A program made the translations under genes and the position numbers. From NCBI GenBank assembly GCA_002269645.1, contig NIVC01001407.1, positions 62,001 through 126,000 of the forward strand: 64,000 nt of DNA. The letters run 5' to 3'. Every line of letters begins with the position of its first letter. The stretch's first letter is position 1. Shown here piece by piece: positions 36,201-48,581 of the stretch. The notes beneath the pieces are model-generated. The model saw only the letters and a list, made by a program, of their open reading frames with translations. It was not told where the DNA came from and did not search any database. The DNA comes from Macrostomum lignano (Eukaryota).

Positions 36201-39200
36201 TCGTGGCCTACAACCTACACTGTTGGGCAACATCAACTGACGCACAGTACAGCTTAGGGCGTTTACTGCGACACCAGTTGAGCTACTAAACGATATTTTA
36301 GGATCGGCCTGTGACCGTTATTCACATTAATAAACGTTTAACTGACTTGTTTGTCTTATTTATTTTCTACTTATCAGTAGGCCTACCTAGGGTAACCTGT
36401 CGAGGATATCACCTGTAGACCTACAAGGTGGCAGCAACCCAACTACCAATACTCGGTTATTATCTAACTGTACTCAGTGGAGACTAAGAGGGGTTAATTC
36501 GGACCATAGTGCTAGACCACTCAGGCCAGCTACCGGCCGTGCTAGATAGCGAGGACAGACAGAGGAAGTAGTAGGCAACAGCAGTAATCACCAAAGAGAC
36601 GGGGATCCACAAGGCCATTACATTGGTTACATTGGTGGGATTCGGCACCAGCATTACATTGGTGGCAGCGGAGAGCAGTAGGCACAGCCATTACACTTAG
36701 AAATCAAAAAATATTCCTAGAAATCAAGAAAGATTCTTAGAAATCAAAAAAATATTCCTAGAAATCAAGAAAGATTCTTAGAAATCAAGAAAGATTCTTA
36801 GAAATCAAAAAAGATTCTTAGAAATCAAAAAAGATTCTTAGAAACCAAACAAGATTTTTAAAAATCATAAAAAGATTTTTTGAAAAAAAAACTTATTTTT
36901 AAAAATATACACAATGAATAGTTTACACAATGAAAATATTAACAAAAATCTTAGACTTCTTAGAAACAAACATTTTTTAACAAGCAAAAGCTTCTTACAA
37001 ACCGAAAGATCATTTTAAAGAACACAAAAAACAAGGGATTCTTAGAAATATGACTCGTTATGATTAGTTAAAACAAAATCAGCCCATTTTCAAACCTGAA
37101 CATAGTGCTCCAGGTCCTGGGCGTGGCTCTCCAGTCCATAGTCAGCCTGCAGCACTATATTGGAGTGCTTTGCATCGTGCTGCTTGAAGTGCCGACCAAT
37201 CTGATGAATGGCATCGCGCAGAGTTACCAGCAGTTCTGTTTGGCGAACATTCTTCGCCTTCTCCTGATCCTCTGGCGACCCGGGGCCGCCAACTCCGTTG
37301 CTCTCGCTGCCCCACAGCAGCGAGGAGATCACGAATCGGGACCGGGCAATCTGCCGCTTGTTCAGCTTCTGTGGTGCCGGTTGGAGAAGATTAAAGTGCA
37401 CCTGCATCACTTAATAAATTAGAATTAATTTTTCGAATTCATGCACTCATACACACGATCACACGGGGTGTACAGCGGGCTCCTTGACTTTCTAATCCTG
37501 TGAAAGGCACGGCAAACCCAAATGGAAGATAGATAAGCCTCACCTGTTTAGGCAAATTAGGCACCGAATGGATGCTGATAATGCCGCCTTCATCAGCCAT
37601 GAGGGCGGCGGTGAACCGACCACGCAAGGCTGTCACAGTCGACTGATTGATAGGCAGACAGATTCTGCTGTTCAGGGCCTCCAGCAGGCAGTCGATATCG
37701 CCTATTCTTGTCGGGGCCGAGGACAAGCAGTTGAAAATCTCTGCCGTGTTTTCTAAACTTTTCAACTCGGCTTCCTGGTAATCAATGAATGAACAGAATA
37801 GAAAGGTTTTCTTCTTCATAGCAGATCTCTTCTTATATAGATTTTATTCTCCGGAATTGAGCTGGTCTGCTCTGTACTGGCAGCTCGTCTCACACTTCAC
37901 CGCCCACTCCCTACACATGCGCGCAAGTACAAGCCCACGGTGACTACAAAATTCCCTCAACTCCTTAATCCCCATTCTCTTTCCGCTCTTAGTATCTGTC
38001 TCTGTTTTATCCGCCAGTAGAGCTGACTTTACTCCAAGAGAAAGAAAGAAAACTAAGCTAAATAAATTTCACCCACACAATATACCCGCTTTATTGTTTA
38101 GCGGTAGCGTCTTGCTTTTAGAGAGAGAGAAAGAAAAATGACTAAAACTGCACTACTTTCAGTAGCTTGAAAAAATCAATTTTCATGCCTAAACGACGAA
38201 ATCATATTACAAATGTATGTTTTTGGTTTTCTGGCCATAAAAATCTCAAGAAACAAACCGGGGTAGGGGTTATAAAACAATATTATGACCTTTGGGCAAT
38301 AAAAAGTTGAAAATCGGGTTAACAACCTGTGTTGTCGCCTTCAAGGATCTTGTGAACTAACTGAACTTGAGTTCAGATTTTTTCTGAAGTTTTGAGCCTA
38401 TTGAATGAACATTTGCAACAATATTAGCTGTTCTGATTCCTTTACTACTATTCTACACTTAGCCTACCAGTTGCATCTCTGTAGCTTCAAATCTCATTCT
38501 TGAGGCTTCAAATCTCATCCTTAAGGCTTCAGCTCTGATCTTTTTAGCTTCAAATCTCATCCTTGAGGCTTCAAATCTGACCCTTTCAGCTTCAAATCTC
38601 ATCCTTGAGGCTTCAAATCTCATCCTTTTAGCTTCAAATCTCATCCTTTTAGCTTCAAATCTCATCCTTGAGGCTTCAAATCTCATCCTTTTATCTTCAA
38701 ATCTCATCCTTGAGGCTTCAAATCTCATCCTTTCAGCTTCAAATCTCATCCTTAAGACTTCAGCTCTGATCTTTTTAGCTTCAAATCTCATACTTGAAGC
38801 TTCAACTCTGACCCTTTCAGCTTCAAAGCTCATCCTTTAAGCTTCAACTCTGACCCTTTCAGCTTCAAATCTCATCCTTAAGACTTCAGCTCTGATCTTT
38901 TTAGCTTCAAATCTCATACTTGAAGCTTCAACTCTGACCCTTTCAGCTTCAAAGCTCATCCTTTAAGCTTCAACTCTGACCCTTTCAGCTTCAAATCTCA
39001 TCCTTTAAGCTTCAAATCTCATCCTTTTAGCTTCAAATCTCATCCTTTAAGCTTCAAATCTCATCCTTTTAGCTTCAAATCTCATCCTTTAAGCTTCAAC
39101 TCTGACCCTTTCAGCTTCAAATCTCATCCTTTAAGCTTCAAATCTCATCCTTGAGGCTTCAAATCTCATCCTTGAGGCTTCAAATCTCATCCTTGAGGCT

Positions 39201-40138
39201 TCAAATCTCATCCTTGAGGCTTCAAATCTCATCCTTGAGGCTTCAAATCTGACCCTTAAACCTTCAAATCTCATTCTTGAGGCTTCAAATCTCATGCCCC
39301 ACATAAAACGTGAGAAACAGGAGAACAAAAGCTCACATGCAGTTTCAAAATGGCCACCGTAGTCTGGAACAGCACTATGGAGCCTTCGCAGAAGAACTGA
39401 TCCCACACTCGCAGCAGGATCCGTACCGGCAGTACACCGGCGAAGAGAGTGAGAAACCAGTGCAGAGTGATGAGTGACAGCTCTGAGGGTTGGGTTGAGC
39501 ACACTTGGGTTAATTTTGAGTTGCGAATATGGTCAGATCTGCCATTTTATCAGCTAGCAATGCCATTTTATCAGCTATCAGCTAGCCATTTTATCAGCTA
39601 GCAATGCCATTTTGCCAGCTAACAATGTCACCTTGCCAGTTAGCTCTAACGCACAACGCCCACACACAATCCAGTTCCCGAGTCAACTAAGAACAGCTTA
39701 ACTCAACTGGGATTTTCCAGAGTAGACTTTAGTAAAATAGTTGGATTTTTTCAGGTCACACAACTGAATAAATACTTGCAGCTAACTAAACTCCTTCTCT
39801 GACTGACAGTAACCTAATAGCACTATTTTAAAGCGTATTAATGCCACAGGAAATTTAATACATGAACGACTTATAATCGCTCACACTACGACCTAACCAT
39901 TAAATTGCCAGCCAAAAAGTACGAAAATAAAAACTTTTGCTTCAGAAAAGGAAGTTCAATATTTTATAGCAAGCAATTTTTTAATCACTCTTACATTTAA
40001 AGCAAACTTCGAAATCAATTGAAAATACTACTACAATACTACTACACTTCAATACTACTACTATTGTATGTACTACTACTACAACAACAACAACAACTAC
40101 TACTACTACTACTAAGCTGCTACAACTACTACTGTATG

Positions 40139-40173
<35 letters not shown>

Positions 40174-40182
40174 TTACTACTG

Positions 40183-40223
<41 letters not shown>

Positions 40224-42296
40224 GCTGCTGCTACTCACCAATATCGTGCTCTCGCAGCAGAGCATCAATATCAGGTGCACATTCGGGCAGCAGCTCCCGC
40301 AGCACTCTCTGATCCGCCTGCACCCCAAGCAGGGTGCTGGTATAGTAGCACGCAGGCAAGTAGTCTTCAATGATGGTGGTCATCTGCCAGAACGCGTCCT
40401 CTTCTTCCATAAGCAGCAGCAGAGTGGCTGCCACCACCCCGGTGCCCTGGCAGTAGCCGATGTCCGGGTAGAGCCAGGCCAGAGCCCGAAGTATTCGACG
40501 CAGCCTGGGCACGCCGGTGCTGTAAGCGTGACTGAAGCACACGTTCGATGGCAGAGTGCGAAGCAGGTCCTAATTATGCGAGAGTGGGGGTGGCTATTTT
40601 TAAGATTAACAATATAGAATCAGGTATCAAGGTCACATTGCATGAAATGCTCGAAATTTAGTTGCATAGGAACTGGACTGACTGATCCACATAGCAACCA
40701 ATATAGTATCAAAGCGACACATAGAAACCTTTTACAATCAACTGCGTCTGCGTTGCCATAGAAATATGTTTGGATTCACGTTACCAAAGCAACCAGATGG
40801 GATTCACGTGACCATAGCAACCAGATGGGATTCACGTTACCATAGCAACCAGTTAGGATTCACGTGAACATAGCAACCAGTTGGGATTTACATGACCATA
40901 GCAACGCTTTGGAATTTTCGCTACCATAGCAACTGTTTGGAATCGCGTTACCATAGCAACCAGTTTGAATACATGTTACCATAGCAACTGTTTGGAATCG
41001 CGTTACCATAGCAACCAGCTTGAATACATGTTACCATAGCAACAAGTTTGGATTCATGTTACCATTAGCAACAAGTTTGGATTCATGTTACCATAGCAAC
41101 AAGTTTGGATTAATATTACCATAGCAACAAGTTTGGATTCATGTTACCATAGCAACAAGTTTTCTCACCTTTTCAATATGCTTCGACGTAGCCAAAGTAT
41201 CCTGCGAGCTCTCTTTAACAATTTCGTTATAACTAACTGGAGATTTTCTTCTCTTCTCCAAAGCTCCACTGAGTCGAAGCCAGACCGGGCCGCGCAACGA
41301 ATGCGGTACACCGGACCTCACCATGCTCTTCAGCTTGTCTGTCACCGGCAGTTTCAATGGCAGCTCGGTGGCCGGGGAACCAGCCGACACAGTGGCGGAT
41401 GTCGATAGAAACGATGAGGCAGATGAAATCGACTCAGCACCGGCTGCGCCACCAAGGCTGGATGCTGAGGAGGAGGCGGTATCCTTTGTAAATGAAGCGT
41501 AGGTCAATTCGAGAAAGTTGGTCCATTTCAATCGTTCGGCTGGGTCTTCAACAAATGGAGTTGGCTGCTGTTGCTGACTGTCGTTGGACTGGGCGGCTGC
41601 GCTGGACTCCAGAGTGTCTGCCAGCGCGAAAAGAAAACAATTAATTATTTTACGGTTATCTGCTTTAACTGCTAAGATTGTGCAGCAGTTGAAAATTTAG
41701 CAAACTGCTGGGAAATTTACGGTTGAGGAGGGGAAAAACTTCGTGAGAAATCAAAGAAAATGTAATAAATGGGGAAGAACGATGAAAATTCGAGGAAGAA
41801 ATAGCTGTAGATATGGGGAAGAAAGTTAAGGATATGGTGAAGCTAAAAATGGGGATATTGGGAAGATATAGATAGGTACATGGGGAAGCTAAAATGGGGA
41901 TATGGAGAAGATATAGATGGGGATATGGAGAAGAAATAGATGGTAATATGGGGAAGATATAGATGGGGATATAGAGAAGACATGGATGGATGGGAAAGAT
42001 ACAGATGGGGATTAGGGATATGGGGAACTCACCATCCTCTTCAATGCGAAACCCAAATTCATCATAATTATAATCCAGCTCCCCATCAGATTGTTCGCTC
42101 TAAAAATATTTCAGGTTATAACAATATAATTAATACTATTCGTTTCAATGAGATACTACTTATGACATTAAAATGAGCAGTAGTGCAAACGTACGGAATC
42201 GACGCTGAGATTGGCGAATTCCTGCGGTCGCATCGAAGGTGTCAGGGCGCTGAATGGGCCCGAAGCGACTGGGATTGATTCGTCCGTTGCTAGCAT
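30225..42296 (-). CDS. SGSM3: Small G protein signaling modulator 3 (TBC-SH3-RUN), ~819 aa; exons 42296-42195, 42099-42033, 41617-41169, 40569-40239, 39482-39337, 37774-37544, 37401-37096, 34684-34211, 32450-32242, 30369-30225
   Basis: GPFSALTPS; YDEFGFR; TBC motifs [20 protein letters not shown] and [15 protein letters not shown]; SH3 [22 protein letters not shown]; RUN domain; C-terminus [13 protein letters not shown]. All 9 introns are GT-AG and phase-consistent (2460 nt in total). Confidence 0.96.
30412..32223 (+). repeat. 24-nt minisatellite (attggtcactgattcactgtcatt), last SGSM3 intron
   Basis: Direct reading; higher-order duplication of ~286 bp near 30449/30735. Confidence 0.97.
32484..34187 (+). 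repeat. 34-nt minisatellite (caggtaattatcccaactgaaatccccattctgt), ~50 copies, SGSM3 intron 8
   Basis: Direct reading. Confidence 0.97.
34750..37050 (+). repeat. ~20-nt A-rich minisatellite (aaagattcttagaaatcaa), degenerate at the edges, split by the LTR-type insertion
   Basis: Direct reading on both sides of 35453-36695. Confidence 0.9.
35453..36695 (+). mobile_element. LTR-retrotransposon-derived insertion (LTR + PBS + leader) with 4-bp TSD CTTA
   Basis: TG...CA termini; CTTA at 35449-35452 and 36696-36699; TATAAAT at 35954; AATAAA at 36329; CA at 36424-36425 followed by GGTGGCAGC, complementary to the tRNA-Leu 3' end. Confidence 0.8.
38485..39297 (+). repeat. 21-nt minisatellite (gcttcaaatctcatccttgag), SGSM3 intron 5
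   Basis: Direct reading. Confidence 0.95.
40025..40232 (+). repeat. (TAC)n trinucleotide microsatellite abutting the SGSM3 intron 4 donor
   Basis: On the sense strand: G|gtgagtagcagcagcagtagtagtag... Confidence 0.95.
40685..41160 (+). repeat. 28-nt minisatellite carrying the RFX X-box motif GTTACCATAGCAAC, SGSM3 intron 3
   Basis: About 15 units, 7 with the exact 14-mer. Confidence 0.9.
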
Positions 42297-42726
42297 ACTA
42301 CTGTTCTTCGATTGTGCCTAAGTAGTCTATTTTGGACGTCAAGGTTTTTCAAAACAAGCTATCTATTAAATAAGCCCTGAAAAATGCAATTAAAGAAAAA
42401 CTAAATATAAAACAATAATATACTCAGGTAATATTGCTAAAATATCTAAAGAAAATGCATAAATTACCTTGTCAGAAATCAAACTATAATACTTTTAAAA
42501 GAAATATTGGACATATGGCAATTTCTTGTGTTAGATGTAAGTAAGACACATCTATCAATAAATTTGAATTGAACAACAGTTCCTTTTTTACTCTAGACTA
42601 TTTAAAAGGAAATCTTAAATAAGTCTAGACTGTACAAATAATTCACGAGGCTTTTGCTGCTCAATCTTCTTAGGAACCAACTGATGAGCAGGCCATCACT
42701 CTCACACAAGATCTTGATAAGTACCG

Positions 42727-43460
42727 AGGGGAGAGAAGAGACGAGAGGAGAGGGGAGAGGGGAGGGGAGGGGAGAGGAGAGGGGAGATAGGAGAGAAGAG
42801 AGAGGGAGAGGGGAGGGGAGAGGGGAAAAAAGGGAGAGAGAGAGAGGAGATAGCAGAGGAGGGGGGAAGATAGAAGAAATGAGAGGAGAGGGAAAAGAGA
42901 TAGAAGAAAAGAGAGGGGAGAGGGGAGAAGATATATGAGAGGCCAGAGGGGAGAGAGGAGATAGGAGGAGAGATGGGAAAGGGGGGAGGAGAGGGGAAAG
43001 AAGAGAGAGGAGAGAGAAGGGAGATGGAAGAGGGGAGATGGGAGAGGGGAGAGGGGAGAGAAGAGGGGAGAGATGAGAGGAGAGGGGAAGATCTAAGATT
43101 GGAGAGGGAAGAGGGGAAAAAGGAGAGAAGAGGGGAGAGGGAAGAGAGGAAAATGGAGAAAAGAGGGGAGCAGGAAGAAAGGAGAGAAGAGGGGAGAGGG
43201 AAGAGAGGAAAAGGGAGAAAAGAGGGGAGCGGGAAGAAAGGAGAGGGAGAGAAGAGGGGAGAGGGAAGAGGGGAGAGGAGAGGGGAGAGGAGAGGGAAGG
43301 GGGAAGAGAAGGGAGAGAAAAGAAGAAAGAGAAGAGATAAGAGACCAGAAGGGAGAGAGAAAAGAAGAGGGAAGAGGGGAGAAGAGAGAAAAAAGGAGAG
43401 GATAAAGAAGAGTAAGGAAGGAGAGGGGAGAAGAGATAGGAGAGGAAAAAAGAAGGGATA
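42727..43460 (+). repeat. Irregular polypurine (GA-rich) low-complexity tract
   Basis: Direct reading. Confidence 0.9.
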
Positions 43461-45190
43461 TATTGTAATATCAAGTTCTAATACTTTATTCACTATATTT
43501 ATTATCAATTTCTAAATTAGATAGAAAATTATAATACGATTTTTTGCATACTTTTAGTTTTAGGTGTATAGAGTCTAAAGAATTTTCCAAAATTCAATCA
43601 ATATAAATGTCTACTTTCTTATAGCAATAGTTAGCCCAAGTCAATTTATTTATATAAAACAAGATATAAAATATTTATTCATATATATAGAAATATTTAA
43701 ACTAATCATATGATTGTAACTTTGTGCTCTAAAGTCAACCATGCATTCTATTTTATTAATGAATATGCCTGAAAGAATGACTACTTTTACTAAATTACTT
43801 TATGCTTTTTTATTTGACACTGACTACTAGAAAAGAAATAAATTAAGTAAAAATACAAATAGAGGAAATAAAATAGGTCTGGCCTGGCTAGCCAATTATA
43901 AACTTTAAAAAAGGAAAATGCTAAATGCAAATATAGGGATGATGATAGATATGTTTATTATAAATTAGAATTTAAGGGTTGGACAGGACAGGACCCATAT
44001 TTTTTAGAATGGATTGGATCAAGGATTGGATTTCACGGGCATGATAAACTATGGTGTATACTTATATTACTGTTCTGCGTGTTACAATGCAGAAGTAAAT
44101 ATTTTGATAGGTCTGTTTAAACTGCAAGTTACATTCAATATTAAATAATATTATGACAAAGTCAATACTGTTAACAATTTCTAAAAACACTTATTTTGGT
44201 ATAAGCTGAAATGCCGCCAACTCTTTGCGTAAAACTAAACGATTTTAAACAAAACGTGAGACATCAGTTGCTATTAATGAGTAACTAGTTAAGAAAAATA
44301 TGAGTCCTAACTTATTTATTAATATTTATGTTATTTTTAATGACTTCTATTACTGCCTTACAAATGAAGTTCTCGATGTAAATTAATTTAAATGCAGTTA
44401 CTTCCAAGAATCTATATAAATTGATAGAGCAAAGTTCAGGCTACAGAGTTCAGGCTAAAATTCTACTTCCGATAAATTTTCACCTCTTATAGCTCTATGC
44501 ATCCTGTGAAAAAATCTGATTCACAATCGATAAACTTTGTTTTGACCTAAAATTCCATTTGTATTCATCCTAGCATTAATTCGGCTTGAATTTTGTATTT
44601 GCCATTCTTAAGCAAGGAATTGGAAATTTGATATGTAGCTTATAATTGTATGCTAATGCTTGGATGTTTACTATTCTCATTGTTAAATATGAATATTATT
44701 TTTAATTCATGTGCATACCTTAAAACATAAACTGATCTTCCCCAATAAGAGAAGATACTGCTAAAAATTCTTTTGTTGTCAGTTCTCTGAAATGTTACTA
44801 TGAATAGTTGTAGAATTCTTTTGGAAATTTCGCATCTATTTATATCATTATACTGATATTTTATTTTCGTTTTCTACTTAGGAGGCATAAAATTCAAGTT
44901 GGTCGAATTATACAGCTAATCTAAGTAGGCCAATGATTTGGATGATATCGCTAAAATACCCCTATTGAGAAATATTTTAACATAATACTATATCAACATT
45001 ACACTTTTGAGGCGTTGAAGTTAAAGGCCTTTATTGAGTTTTTTATTTAGCCATACCATTTTTTCTTGATATATTTTCATTACATTCAAAACATTTCTTA
45101 CAATTGCTTTTATTTAAAGAAAAAATGAAACATTGTTGTTTCTATCAAACAATATTTTCAGTTGCTCCTTGAAAATAATATATAGATAAA

Positions 45191-46522
45191 ATGCGCCTTA
45201 TTAACGAAAAAACTGTAGCCAAACTATGCCAGACTCGCCATAGCAGTCGCGAGGGCTTTCTACAATACTACCAGCCTCAGGAGCAGTGCTCAAAATGCCG
45301 CACAAACACAACTGCTAATGCCAAAAGGCAGTTCTTTCGTCTGTGCGGAAACATGCTGTACCGTTTCGATCCAACAGATGCCGGAGTGCCGGCTTCTAAC
45401 AGTCGAAAGGCTCGGGGCGTTCTGCTGCTTGTTGGTCACGTGGTTGAGCCGTTTAGCGAGAGTGACCAACGCTGCGACACTGGTAATAAAATCAATTCCA
45501 TAATCTCCCGTATGAGAATCGCCTGTCAACCTCCAATCTCCCATCTGAGAATTGCCTGTCAACCTCCAATCTCCCATTTGAGAATTGCCTGTCAACCTCC
45601 AATCTCCCATCTGAGAATTGCCTGTCAACCTCCAATCTCCCATCTGAGAATTGCCTGTCAACCTCCAATATCCCATGAGACTGAAAGGTCGGGGGTTCGA
45701 TTCTCGACCCTCTCGGAACAATTTGTGTCCTTGAGCAAGACACTTAACTCTGCATTGCTTCAGTTCACCCAGCTGTAAAATGGGTGCCAGCATTAGCTGG
45801 GGTAATTGAGGGTGTGTGGCGACCCCCCAGTCCTTGGACTGAACAGCCGTACGCAGCCTTCAGATGCGCCGCGCAATAGCTGCGGCTGAGCTGTCGGTTG
45901 CACATCTGGCCATTAGGGCAGGTTTAATTAATTATTATTATTATTGATCAACATTTTCCATTAACAACCATTTTCAACAGAACCGGGTGCCCAAGCTTTA
46001 TCAGGTGACAATCAAACCGAAGAAGAGTCGCCCAGCTTTGCCATAACCTGGTCAGACAGCTGGACAGTTGATTCGGACATTCCCGCATGCTGCCGGCTGG
46101 CCAATAGGCGGCATGTGTTCACCTCATCCTCTGCCGAGGAGGCCGCCCTGTGGATCCGGGCAATCATAGCGGCATCGCCAGAGTGCGTATCAAGCAGAAC
46201 GGAGTTTCTGCGCTCTCAGCTGAGTCAGCTGAACGGAGAGATTCTCGGAAACGCGCCAGACTCTGAAGAATTATCAATTGAACACGCGGATAAAAATGCT
46301 ACTAAAAGTAGTAGTAGCAAGAGTGATAGTATACCTGTTGAACTGACCAGACGAAATCCGTTCGATAACGTTAGAAACATTGCGCCATCTAAACCGCTGG
46401 GTGCGGCAGGTGGCGGCGGTGGCGAATTCTCGGCGTTGTTGACGCGTCAGCTGGACACGGTGCTGCAGATGATGCTGCAGGCTGAGCGACTGGCTACTGA
46501 AAAACAATCTGGAGAGAATTGA
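45191..46522 (+). CDS. Sesquipedalian/PHETA (FAM109)-like PH-domain protein, ~277 aa; exons 45191-45482, 45981-46522
   Basis: MRLINEK (cf. MKLNER), EGFL, RQFFRLCGNMLYRF, GVLLLVGHVVEP, SAEEAALWIRAI followed by a helical segment; phase-1 GT-AG intron; acceptor attttcag ~30 nt before the ATG. Confidence 0.75.
45505..45676 (+). repeat. 33-nt tandem repeat x5 (gagaattgcctgtcaacctccaatctcccatct)
   Basis: Direct reading; abuts the SINE. Confidence 0.9.
45677..45950 (+). mobile_element. tRNA-derived CORE-type SINE, 5' truncated
   Basis: Pol III B-box ggttcgattc; tgtgtccttgagcaagacacttaactc...ttcagttcacccagctgtaaaatggg aligns by eye to the MIR CORE; (ATT)n tail; second copy at 62885-63125. Confidence 0.8.
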
Positions 46523-48581
46523 GCCAGCCAGTGTTTGTGAAGTACGTAGCTCGTTTAACAAAGATTTTGCTTCCCAAACTATTCATCCCAGCATACAAGA
46601 AAGTAAGTTGTTTATGCAGACTTTTTAATTAGTTTGCTAACATCGATACCATATTAAACCTCATTTGCTTTTTATGCACTTTTTTAATCCTGGCCTTTTT
46701 CCAAAATACTTGCTTTTATTTGTTCTGCAGTAACTAATGCTACTGATTTTAATTTTAAAAGTTTTTTTTCAATTCAAATGCTTCCGATAAAAAAATTGTG
46801 GCAATTTTTTTTCAAAAAGACTAATTTCAAACGTTTCTTATTTCTGTATTTGTTTTATTAATATTCGTTCGCTTTTTTCTATACAGTTTTTTACAGCCTT
46901 ACTACTGAACTAATAGTGGTACATATCAAGTATTAAAGTGTAGTTTTAAAAGGTTATTTTCGTTTGTTTCTAACTCCATATTCATTCCGGTTCTTTTTAA
47001 ATCATTTATTTTTATTCGGATAGCTAATTTTCATTTTCGTTAAATTCCTATACCTGCGGTGCTAAGCTTGAAAAATAATTACATTCAAAACAGCAAACTA
47101 AAATTTGAAATTTAAACTGCTAAACATCATAAAGCACTTATCTAATTATTTATTATAATTGGTTGTTTTAATTGCTTGAACTGCAGATAAGACAAAACTT
47201 GTTTATAATTCAGTAAGCACTATAGAAAGCATTGACCTGAATTTTGTCTAGAGTACAAGCGGCTTATAAGGATCAAATCTAATTAATTCTGAACCGTCTC
47301 ATGTAGACTTCAACTTGAACCTGGCAAGTGACAAACTGACCGCGCGGGGTTGCTATTTTGTTGACGTCACAGCAAGCCTTGACTCCTATACTCCTAGCTT
47401 AACGATCCGGTGGCAACTTTGTCTTAGATTCAACAGCAGCTATAAGACTGTATGCGAAGTTTGTAACACGGGGCTAAAAATATAATCGATATATGAAATA
47501 TAACTGAAGAGTCATGCCCTATCCCCAGCTCCCTTTCGTCGCATTCTAATTTTTTTTTGCCGCTGAAGAGTTATAAGTGACGTCGGACCTATCGACGGTG
47601 GGGCATTGCTACATACAGAGAGAGCTGCTACGAGTAAATAAAAAAAAAACTTTTAGATACGATCGAGTGGTGGCAGTCCCGACCTTGCAAAGTAGCCATA
47701 GTCTATAGTGAGCGGCGCGTTGATCCAGAGCTTTGAGAGACGGAGAGAGAGAGAGCTAGAGAGGAGGCGCGTGTGTGCGATATTATACAGTAGGATTAAA
47801 CGTTATACTAGTAGCATGATTGAAAAGCAATGCACACACACGTGGTCTCAGAAATGGGACATCAAATTCTCAAAGCTGAAGGGTCGGGAGAGACAGTCAA
47901 ACCCTGGCTATATGCACTTGCATTTCCACCAGCAAGAGGCGCACAACTCCTGAGACTTGACTTCTCTCCCCCCTGCCTCCCCCATTCTCTTTCCCAACCG
48001 CTGAGAGCCTCGCCTTTCAGCCCCATATGTAATAAAAACTTCAACCTGAGTCGCCCTACCCCCCGAGTTTCAAACCGCGTTGACGCAACTTGTATCTGAA
48101 GTGTTCCAGCTACAGCAAAAATAACAGCGAATTCCAATAGCAAAATCTGCGTTGGTGTGCGTTTTCTTAACTCTGCGCATTAATTCTTTTGGTGCAAGCG
48201 CCAGCTCCGTTCGAAATTTAAATTGCTCTCTGAACCATTCACCATACGCAGTTAAACCTCTAAATACTTTTTGGTACCGAATTACTTAGAATTAACGAAT
48301 TAGTTTGGTATAGATAGACAACAGGTGTTTTTTGTTTGCAACTGAAAAGCAAAGATTGAACGACTCAACGCGCGACTTAGAACTCTCACTGATTCAGAAC
48401 AGGCTTACCCTGTAAGTATCGATGTACACATTTTGTTATTTTGCCAGTTTACATGTACATGCAAGCAATTCAGTAGCTTGGATCCATAAAAATAAATATA
48501 TAAAAATGTTGTTTCGTACCAGTGTTGCTGGATCGTGCTTGCGTCACCAACTGTAATTCAATCGATTGAACAGGTAAATAT

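Noticed and set aside
42602-43515. Leu/Ser/Pro-rich and Glu/Arg/Gly-rich ORFs (also at 53715-54173 and 56448-57572)
   Set aside because: Translations of polypurine/polypyrimidine tracts.
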